Assembly (NCBI GenBank): GCA_023515725.1
Contig: JALDTO010000215.1
Span: 647,901-711,900 of the forward strand
DNA: 64,000 nucleotides
DNA from: Amoeboaphelidium protococcarum X5
Taxonomy: Eukaryota; Fungi; Aphelidiomycota
Reading direction: 5' to 3'
In this document: positions 47,331 through 61,499 of the stretch, in pieces
Numbering within the stretch: the stretch's first letter is position 1
Layout: each line of letters opens with the position of its first letter
The notes under the pieces: generated by a model
The model's database searches: none
Seen by the model: only the letters and a program-made list of their open reading frames with translations
What the model was told of the DNA's origin: nothing
Position numbers and translations under genes: made by a program

Positions 47331-50300
47331 TCAATAATTCTCCATGTGAACCTCTTCATCAGTAAGAGGCACAGATCTATAACCAGTTCTTGCACGGATA
47401 TCAGTAAACAGGCCACTGAACAAATCGCGTACAGCATCAAAGGCTTTGGATACGGCAGAGAAATTGACAGCACTGCGCCAAGCTGAGCTGCCAGCTATGC
47501 CAGTTCCAGAAGCAGAGTCAGACACTGGAAGCCTAATAGAATAACGATAAGGAGCAATTCTCTTTCTATAGTACACCAGTCCGAGACCGGCAATAGCAAA
47601 CAGCGGTATCAGAATACCGGCAGCGATAGATCCTCCATTCGACGATCTTCCCGGCATAGTGCAACCTTCCACCACACTTGGATTGTCCAGATTAATACCA
47701 CCTTGACAAGTAGACAAAGAATGCTTTCTATATCCAGTCGATATATGCCTATGACCATTCTCACATTCTGTCCACACAGTGGCACCTTCTCCAGCCACAG
47801 GTTTACATTTATGATCAGTAGAATCGCGGTAATATCCAGCATCACACTCAAAATCAGCTTCTGTGCACTAGCAATTTGTCATTATCTTATCATTTTTGAA
47901 AGAATCACCAATGTAACAATTTCTACCCGGCTTCCTTCGATAGTACTCAGTCTTATGACCAAAGATACAACTGTTGCCTGAATGATCAGAGACAGACCAA
48001 AGTTCGAAATCAGAGCGACCAGAATCTTTAGTGTCAAGAATACACTGATTTGAGCGCAGCTTTGAAAAGTCCAACTTGAACACTGCAGATTAACCAGATG
48101 ATGAGTCTGCCACGCGTCCGGTAAGCAGAAATTCTTGTTTTACACCACTAGGATCAGTGACAAATCTATCTGCATAAATCTTCATGGTAGGATGGAAATC
48201 GTACTTGTCAAACTTGGCGCCTTCGGTAACACTATAGTAGATATAATTGACTGCTTCCACAGCATTCACCAGCACTATAACAGAGCCATGATCTCCAAAC
48301 TCAAATAGGTGAGGTCCTTTCTAAATCTGTCTCCAAGTACTTCCAGCATCAGTGGTCAAATAGACATTACTCTACTGGTAGCTGAGCAAATTCTTCCCCA
48401 CATTACCGACACCGATAAAGATGCCCACAGCCTATTCATCAGACATTTCATTCTTGATCACCTTTCGCTCAGTGTAGCCATGGAAATTGAGAGAGCAGCC
48501 ATCTTGAGCTAAGCAATCAACCGAATTACCTTCAAGATCTTTAATTGGAGCCTTTATTGACTTCCATTCAGCTCCCTGAGAGTAGGTGATAAACGATTTA
48601 ATTTCTTTTTTACCACCAATGGCAACAGACTCTTTATTCATCACCTTATTGACAATGGCGACACCTTCAACTGCAAACATCTTCTCATAGTCCACAAATC
48701 CTTCAGGATTCCTATTCGTACCATCCAGGGATACACTGTAGTACGTGCCATTGTAATTAGATATAAACAGAGTTCCCCACTCGGTACCATACGAGCCATG
48801 CTTGAACATATCTAAATACACTGATCCACTTCCAGCTTCTAACACGGTAAATCCACGATTCTGTACATCAACACCAGGTGGGAAGACAGCAGGAGCAAAC
48901 TTATGACCATCCAGAGACACCTAGAACGTAAGACTTTTACCAGATGAGTCCTGATTACTATTCAGCGCAGCCACCATAAAGTTTTCTGAAATGGCAAATC
49001 CCACCAGATTATCGAACACCACCTCCTGAGACTAAAAGAAATTGCCCGACTTGTAAAGTGAAGGGCGACCACGATCTCCAAGCACTTTTTCATGTTAGCT
49101 ACCGGATTTGTCAGGATATGCACCGCAAAAGATCATCTACTTGTCAACATTCTTGAACAGAGCATCTCTAGCCCACTCACAATCTGTGACAAAAGTATTT
49201 AGCTCTTTCCAATTCAGTCCATTATCCTGGGTATAGAAGGCTACAGAATGGCATTAAGATCCAGGGCAGTACCGATTTCCTGTATAAATAATCCAGTCAG
49301 CTTCTTCTGCATGGAATTCTAAAATAGGAGCATTAAAGGAATTTGGTACCACAGGGACATTGAGCATGGTCAAAGACTTGCCAGAGTCCGTGGTGTAATA
49401 ATGAACTTGGGAATTGGAAGTCAAAAAATAAACTCGTTCCTTGTAGTACTAATTCTACATCATTGTGGTGATTCTATCAGGAATGTCGCTCTTCGTCCAT
49501 CTGGAGCCACCATCAGATGTCTGCCATATCCAACCATCTGTAGTTTTCAGGACTGCATTCAAACTCTTCTCGAACCAAATGACACTATCCACGGCATAAT
49601 CGAAATTCTACAACTCAACACCAATCTTACCATCAGTGGGTGGCTGTACAATCACTCCGCCATTGTTGGACTCTTGACAACTTCTCTCCACTTTCTTCTC
49701 CAAATCAGACACTTCACCACTGCACTTGGTAGCTGAAATCTTACGGTAACCGCTACGTCCAGTGTACTTTTCACCCTTGCGACAGTTTACAGGTTCTTAT
49801 GGATCAGGTCCTTAGAGCACACACTCTCCGCGCAAATCTTTCCAGAATCCAACATCACATTCATAATCTTTACGGCTACAAGTGCAAGTTCTAGCATTCG
49901 CCGGCTGAGTTGGACGTGAGTCTCCAATATGACAGACCGAATCAACCTTCCTTCTCCAGTAAGTCATCTCCTGGCCAAGAATACAATCCGAAGACAGAGG
50001 ATTCCACTTTTCATAATCACCACTACCATCGCCATTGAAGCGGCAAGTCTTCGGTGCCGCCTGATTAAAATCAACCTGAACAACAACCTGCTGGTGCCCA
50101 CCAGATGAACTTCCACCACCGGAGCCAAATAAAGATTTCAAAAAATCGCCAATGGAACCAAAGAATCCACCGCGAGAATCTTTCTAAACGCTAGCCAGCA
50201 CCAGGAACTTACTTCCGGCACCTTCGCTGTCTATCATCAATGCAGTCACTCTGACAGGCTTCTCATAAAACTTGTGCTCATGCCACGTCTTGCCATCATC

Positions 50301-53300
50301 CACAGAGTATATCAACTTGTCCGTCAATTCGTAATCGGCAGCCATTACCAACAGTGCTCCAAAGTCACCGAATTCAAAGATATGCGGTCCCTTCTTTACT
50401 TCAGTCCAAGTCTAACCTCCATCTCGGCTAAAGTACGTATTACTCAGGGAGTAATCAAGCAGTTGAGGACCGAAATTTCCTACTCCCATCAATTGACCCA
50501 CTGCAGTCTTACTACTGAATATAGGGCCAGACCATGTGATATCAGCACGACCATGTAAATTTAAATGACAATCTTGACCAGTAGAGCATTCAATGCGCTT
50601 TCTGTTAGTATCATATACCTCTCTTATGATATCCCAATTTGCTCCATTATCATACGACATCACAGTCCTGATCTTCTTCAATCCGCCGCGAATCAAATCC
50701 GCCGCGTTGTACACAACATTGGCTATAAAGGCGCCATCCAAGCTCTGATTTTACTCCAGATCAACCAGACCATTAGCATTTTTATTCGTGTTCTTCAAAG
50801 ACAAAGTATAGAACGTGCCGTTAGAATTGGAAGAATAGAGATCGCCAAACTCTTGACCCATATTCTGACTTTGATAAACGTCCAGCATAATTGATCCAGT
50901 GTTCGACTGCACTACGGTAAAAGCGTTCTTGGACAGTTGAGTATTAGGTGGAAATTGGGCATCAACTACGTTAACACCATCTTCAGACAGGAGTAATCTC
51001 ACCTTATTTCCATCTTCAGCGGCAACGGTGAGATAACGATCATAGACGTAAAACTGTACAACTCTCTCAGCCAGCAACTTTTTCTCACCCTCCCCCAGTC
51101 TTTCATACTTGTACAGGTTAAGAACGTTACCAGAGGGTGTTTACGCAGCATTACCGAAGGTATCTTAATCTCCAAACTTCTAATGATAAGCCGAGCAGAA
51201 AATAGCATCCTTCTCTACTTTGCGAAACTCCGTATCCTGCGAGAACTGACACTTGTACACAAAGCTGTCAATTTCACGGCCCCATGTTGCACCATTATCT
51301 TTGGAGGCATAGACAGTCGTATGACAGTGAGGGCACTTCGTACCGCCAATAAACAGAAGCCAATCCTTTTCAGTAGGATGGAAATCCAGTAAAGTCGACC
51401 CCAGCTAATTAGGCATAGATGGCAAATTCATCTCTTTGAAGCTAGATCCATAATCACTGGAGAAATAAACCTTGTCATTCTAAGTCTACATGTACACTCT
51501 ACTATACTCAGTGTCATGGAAGAACAGTTATCTGACCTTGAACGCATCACCAGACTTTCCAACACCAGATATGGACAAGACATCAAACGATTAGCCATTA
51601 TTACCACTGCGATGAACCGCGCCTTCCAAATCCAATAACAAAATCGCCTACGACTTTTTCATATAATACTTCTTCACTATAGGCGCAGGAATCATGGTCA
51701 GATAGGATTTAACATTGGATGAGCGATCGACATTGTCACAGGATACTTTAACCTTCTTGGCCAAATCGACACCACCCACGCAAGTATCCCCAGGAATCTT
51801 TCGGTAGCCAGAAGAAGCTAAATACTCACCAGAATTTCCAGTGCATTATCCATCAAGAGGGATTGGCTCTCCAGTGCGTACACATTTCTCTGGGTTATTC
51901 TTATCAGCAATGTATCCATAATCACATTCGAAATTCTCGGCGGTACATTCACAGTTCTTCTTTCTCATTTATGGCTACTTATAATCACGGCCCACATAGC
52001 ACTCAGCATCCTACTTCCTGCGCTTAATATCCTAGTAATGCCCCAAGAGACACTGCTCATTCTCTCCTAATCCGCGAGCACGCCACCACTCAAAGTCATT
52101 ATCAGAACATTGTCTGTCATGTAACTTGGAAAAGTCTAGACTAATAACATTGAAGTTAGATGAATCCTTATCAGATCCCACAAGTATCATCTTCTGCAAT
52201 GTCGATTCAGGGTCGCTGCTGATAGATTCAACTCTGAGCTTCTGATCAAGCTTAATATCAAACCAAGTACGCCCAAAATTAAGCGAGTATGACAACTATT
52301 AAACATTATTCTTATCTTCAACATACACCAGGAGTGCACCTTAATCACCAGTCTCAAACTTGGCAGGTCCCTTGTTGATCATTTACCAATTTAGGCCACC
52401 ATCAGAACTGACAAAGGTGTCACAGTCATCGTACTCCTATAGATAGTCACCAACATTTCCCACGCCCATAATGATACCGGGAGCCGCAGCATCTGAAAAC
52501 ACGCGACCGACATTCTTCACTGAAGTGACGGAATGCAAATGCAGTGCACACTTCTCATTCGGTATACTGCCGCCACCATCTGTAAGACATTTGAACGGTT
52601 TACCTTTAACATCTTTTAATGGTGGATTTATAAAGCGCCAATAAGAGCCATCGTCAAACGAAATGCGAGATTCCAACTTCTTCTTACCATCGCCACCATT
52701 GCGCAAATCATCAGGATTGGAGACTATATTAGCCAATGCCACTCCCTCAACTCCTTACACGCGTTCATAATCCACAATACCTGAAGTCTTTCTATTGGTA
52801 TTCTCCAGCGACTTTACAAAGTACCTACCCTCTGAATCGGACTTGTACAGCGTACCAAACTCTTTCTTGTATCCACGGGAGGTGAACACGTCCACATTCA
52901 GAGATGCGGCAGATGATTGTAGAATAGTGTATGCATCTTCCTCAATATTCGCATCCAGAGGGAACTTTGAGTTGCGGAAAACTAAACCATCCACAGAGAC
53001 GTACAGGTCCAAATCAGATCCAGAACTCTACTTCACAGCAGTCACAAAAAACTTGCTCACAAATCCAATACCAACCACTCCGGTCATCTGATTATTATCA
53101 AAACTGTGAACTTTCTCAGTGGCGAAGTAATCCTCAGAGTAGAGCAATCTCAAATCTGAACTCTCAGACTTCGAGCTTCCTTTACCTTCATGCTCAGTAC
53201 AAAATATAGCATCAACAGGACGCGATTGAAATTCAGGACTTCCATTGGCCCACACACATTAAGACACATACTTTTTAAGCGACTTCCAGCTCTTGCCATC

Positions 53301-53777
53301 ATCTTGGGAATAATAAGCCTCATTATAGCACTAGGAACTACCACCAGATGATGGACAAGAACGACCGAGGAAGAGTAAATGGGGAGAGCGTGTAGAATGA
53401 AATTACAAAGCAGCCTTGGACATGGACATTGGTTCCAGTGGCAGGGATAACTTTGACCAACTTTCACCGCGATTACCAGTCATGTATAAATCCTTGCTAT
53501 TGGTAACGACAAACGCCTTCTGATAATCGAAAGGATGCTCAATCATGACCTTTGACTCAGTGCCCTCAGAGATACCAGATGCCTTGTACCAAGACCATCC
53601 TGCATCGGCAGATCTCCAAATCTAGTTACTTATTCTCTCATGCAATAACAACACCTCTGAATTCTTGAAGAAGAAATAATTCTCTGGAGCATGCTTGAAC
53701 ACAGTGCTCTTCTACTGCACTTATTCAGCATGCACTAAATACGCAAGACTAAATATTACCAACGATAAAACTAACAT
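47331..53777 (-). CDS. VPS10: Vacuolar sorting receptor Vps10/sortilin with three tandem Vps10 domains; 2148 aa, single exon
   Basis: Signal peptide; at least 10 track ORFs lie in one frame; many S.D.G..W Asp-box repeats; three GYRK..C..G cysteine-rich modules; TM helix and tail with YRSV. Confidence 0.93.
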
Positions 53778-54577
53778 ATATAAAATCCACGCGTCGTCTA
53801 CTTTTGTCAGATATTATGTGCAGCAGGTATTGTGCTGAATAATCAAAAGTAATCACGAAGGAGAAACGCGAAGTTCGTCGGTAAAGCTGAGCTGAGTGCT
53901 CTTAAAGGCGAAATGCGGTGCGAGAGAAGAAACAACGTGGTTTTACGCTCATCTGATGTGATTGGTTCGTACGTTCATACGTGTAATATTTAACACCAAT
54001 GTTGCAGAGACCCAGAATTAGATTCATATAACGCGCTAAGTATTACAAGCATGTGTGTCTTATGTGTCGAGTCTGGCCTACAATTTTTTTGGAAAATACT
54101 CTTCGTTAAGTCAACGTCCATTTTAAATCCAATGTGTCGATATGGGGCTTTTATAGAGAGTACAAATGACTACTAAAATTATAATGTCCTTAACCAATGT
54201 TCATCGAAAATAGGAGCTAAATTTATAAAGCATTTTCATCAATATACTTGGACTTTCCTATAAGCTTTCACGCAAGATCTGTCACTATCTGTCAGAATCA
54301 ATGTAAACACGCGCTCTGTTATGAGTATACTGTCAAACACACGGGTGGTGAATCATGTGGGTGATAATGCATCAGGATGAGGATTGACAGGGCACAGTCA
54401 CACCTCTCGGGAAAAATGAATAAATCGTGCAACATTCATCTTTCGCTGAAGTGGATTGGATGAAAGTACCTATTACGTCTTGGGAGTGGTATATATATTC
54501 TTATTGGCTATTACTGATTAGTTTGATATTCAAAGTCCCCTACAAATCTTCGAAACAGATACTGATACTTCTGCAAA

Positions 54578-55393
<816 letters not shown>

Positions 55394-55894
55394 GTTTCTC
55401 CTTATTTGTTTATATGCAGTCAATTCGGGATTATCTACTTGTCTTCTGATAATGACATGTCTCAAGAGTAGGAAGTGTATAAAATTAATTTTTAAGATAT
55501 TTCCATCTTTTATCTCTATCGCGCAATTTTTAGAAGCTTTGGTGCATCCTGAACGATCTAATTTGAGACCATAACCGCTACGCAATGTAATATTTCACTG
55601 CTATTGTTGATGATAGCTTTACGCGAATGTATACATACACAAACGTTGAAACTTTATTTTAAATTACTTTTAGAGAGAATATATTGGATTTGAGTTTGTG
55701 TAAAAAACTGTTTTAAAAACCAATTTCAATAATTCAATGACGATCAAAAGCTATCATGTTTCTTCATGGACCAATCATCTCTCTGTATAATATTGAAGCG
55801 GTTCGGCTTCGCGCGTCAATCAACCATCAGTGTAATTTTTTCATTTGAACTCCAATCTGCTCATTAAAATTATAAATATACATCGCTCTCCTTA

Positions 55895-57376
55895 ATGATG
55901 ACTGTCGACTCATGCGCATAGGCTGAGGAATTGAAGCAGCTTGCCAATGAATAATATAAGAAGGGATATTACTAAGAAGCGATTAAACTGTATGGCGAGT
56001 GGATCGATTTGGAGCAGACTGCGGTCGGTCACTGCAATCGCGCTGCATCTCTCATGATGCTGAAGAAGTACAAGTAGGCCGCAGAAGATTGTAAAAAGGC
56101 TATCGAGTTGGATGGTGGATATGTGAAGGCGTATGTGAGATTAGCCAAGTGCGGCTTAGCTCTCGGTAATATTAATGAGGCCGTCAGACAATTTCAATTG
56201 GCTTTGGACGTTGATCCGACGAATCCTTCGATCAGCAAGGAGCTTCATCAAGCGGAGGCTATTCGAAAATTTGTGGAATCCGCAGTTGCTGCTTTGGAAT
56301 CTAAAGACTTTAGAAGGGCAACTTTCAATGTGGACACCGCGGCAAAAATGGCCACCAATGGTCTGTATTGCCCTTATGGCTGGTTGTGTATTAAAATTCG
56401 CGCGTTGGTAGGCCTGAAATAGATCAATGAGGCTAATTTGCTTCTTAATCAGATTCTTGTAAATGAGCCTTAGAACGCTGAGGCTATCTGTATCAGAGCT
56501 GGTTTAATCTACTAGCAAGGTGATCTGACTAAATGTATATCTTATGTAAAGGAAGCACTCAGAGTTGCTCCTGATCATAAGGAGTCGCGTCTGTTATTTA
56601 AGAAGGCTAGAGCTTTATAAACGTAGAAAGATGACGGGAATGCCGCTTTTAAAGCTGGAAAGTACGCAGATGCTATTCGCTTATACTCGGAAGCTTTACA
56701 GATTGATCCAGAATGTACAGCGGTGAATTGTAAATTTTATTCCAATCGAGCGACTGCTTACTTCAAGCTGGGTCAGTATGAAAAGTCTATTTCTGACTGT
56801 GATGCTGCGCTCGCTATCGACAAGGATTATGGGAAGGTGTACATCCGAAGAGCCTCGTGTAGAATGAAGCTGGAGCAATTTGAAGAGGCTGTCCGCGATT
56901 TTGAAAAGGCGTCATAAATTGATCCGAACAATCGTGATTTACGACAGCAATTGAGAGATGCCAAGCTTGAATTGAAAAAATCTCAGCGAAAGGATTATTA
57001 CAAAATTCTTGGTGTCTCTAAGGACGCGTCTGAGAGTGAGATTAAGAAGGCTTACCGCAAGAAGGCTCTCATCTATCACCCTGACAAGAACCAGGAGCCG
57101 GAGAAGAAGGATGAAGCAGAGAAGATGTTCAAGGATGTCTCTGAGGCATACGAAACTCTGTCTGATCCTCAGAAGAAACGTCGATATGACAGCGGCGCCG
57201 ATTTACAAGAGAGTTTTGGTGGTCATGGTGGGATGGATGCAAATGACGTTTTCTCTATGTTTTTTAACTAAGGTGGCTTTGGTGGTGGCGGTGGTCATCA
57301 TCATCACGGAGGATTTGGTGGATTTCATCATGGCGGTGGCTTCTATGATCAATAGTATTACTACGAAGATGAATGA
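55895..57376 (+). CDS. DNAJC7: TPR plus J-domain co-chaperone DNAJC7/Tpr2
   Basis: TPR motifs ([14 protein letters not shown]), [38 protein letters not shown]-rich tail. Confidence 0.94.
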
Positions 57377-57437
57377 TTAGTTCAGATCATATATCAAGTA
57401 CATTTTATTTATTACGCAGATACTTCATTTTTTATCT

Positions 57438-59666
<2,229 letters not shown>

Positions 59667-60469
59667 TCTAATTTAGTTACTAGTAAATCCGATATAAGTG
59701 TATCAGAGGATCTTCAAGAGCACAAGAGACGTCCATCATCTGACCCCTTCCGACCTGCGCTTTCATTGCTAAGCCACGCGCTTTAAGGTTGACTCTGAAG
59801 CTTCTCTTCCTCTTTTCTCTCTTTTACAAATTGCATTTGATGAATTTTAATTAATGCTTTTGGGATAATTCTCAAACTAATAAATTATCAAAGTGTTATT
59901 CAATTCTGATCAATAGCTCTTTTTTACATTAAACAGCATTGATCAGAAATGACTATTTAATCCGTAACGAACCATGGTAAACTACTCTCACGTATACCTT
60001 GTTTGCATACGGAAAGATTAACTTAGAATCATTTATGGCGACATTTTGGCTTTTCGGAGTCTTGGTGTTGTCGTTTAATTATAATAGCTAGAGTTTTGCT
60101 ATATTCTTTACTTGACTCTAGTTGTACCAAGATTCTTACATTTTTTAATTTGTATTTTTGCTTATACATTCAAACTTATTCGTTCTCAAAAGTGGTCAAG
60201 ATATCACCAGTCCATGACAGACGTATCGAAAATGTTTACGTGTTCAAAATGAGGTCCTTATCATAAAGCCACAATTCAAACATATGACGCGTCTCAAGAG
60301 TAATTTACGGCGATTTTTATTGAATTGTAGAGCTGACGCGTTTTAATCAGCGCGTACTGTAAATAACCATCCTTAGTTCCCATTGATGCTATGGAGAAGA
60401 GAGAAAGCTGTACTGTATGCCTTACAATAATTCTGTTTCATTCGCTTTACAATGTCATCTTAGAGAAGA

Positions 60470-61090
60470 TCATTCTTCCTTAGTTGTAGTCTTATGCCAA
60501 GTAGGAGAGATGATGATGATGATGAGATAAATCAAGTATACAACTGAAACAGCTGGAACCAAGAGACTCAGAGTCTATATGAGAGAAGCATTCGCTTCGT
60601 TCAAGAACAAACGCGGCACATCAACGAACGTTTCACCGAGAGCAACGACTTTCAAAGGAGGAATATGAACGGCCTTGTCTACACAGACCATTGACACGAG
60701 TGGTTGTTACAAATGCACTCTCACATACGGATCATACGTTTATTTGTTATTATTATTATTATTATTATATACATGCACAGGCTAGTATCTCATATGAAAC
60801 GGAACTCTAATAATCGCTTAGCCTGACAGTCGCTATATCCGCAGCATATTATCACTCGCACTATCAGACGTAACCGGTACTTCGAGGTCGACATCAGAAT
60901 TCTCAAGTTCCCACAACTCGCCATTCAAATCCTTATGCAATTAATATGGATCAAAGAATGCACTTGACTCCAACTTTTACTCTATAGTTACAGTACAGTC
61001 ATCTCGTTCTTGAGTAGTAAGATTATACACAAAGTGAGGATGAAAAGCAGCACTCTTATCCACACTCCATGAAAACGTTTATTGAGCCAT
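60470..61090 (-). CDS. GPI mannosyltransferase I subunit PIG-X/Pbn1-like
   Basis: AFHP, FFDPYQL, VDLEVP, VPFHMRYQP, C-terminal TM helix; 207 codons. Confidence 0.8.
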
Positions 61091-61499
61091 CGCGTCTCCT
61101 CAGTGAGAATTTTGTTAAGAGTTTTAATGAGGATTTTTCGAGTTTATTGGAGACGAAATATGAGTGAAACAGTCATAAGAAAGATTCAATGAGAGCTGTG
61201 TGGAGCGCGACTATCCTTTGGACCATGATTTCGATAACCGCGCTTGTCTCGATCGATCGATCTCAATACTGTAACTGTTGATTGCAATTATATCTCAATT
61301 GCCGCCGTAGATGAATAGCAATTTTTATTTTAGGGTGAATAACTTGTAAGTTCCCTCAATGCATTATAGACTATAGACTTCGATGCAATATCCCACGCGT
61401 TCAGAGTGAGTCACATTTGATATCCTGTATTTTCCCAATTGGATTCTCACGATCAGATTCGCTCGCTGTGTTTCTCCCTGATTAAACATAATTTCATTT

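Noticed and set aside
59840-60340. Possible small membrane-protein gene between the MAPKKK and PIG-X
   Set aside because: All three frames give comparable chance-length ORFs with no recognisable motif.
60746-60768. (TTA)n microsatellite
   Set aside because: Encodes a poly-Asn run inside PIG-X; not a separate element.
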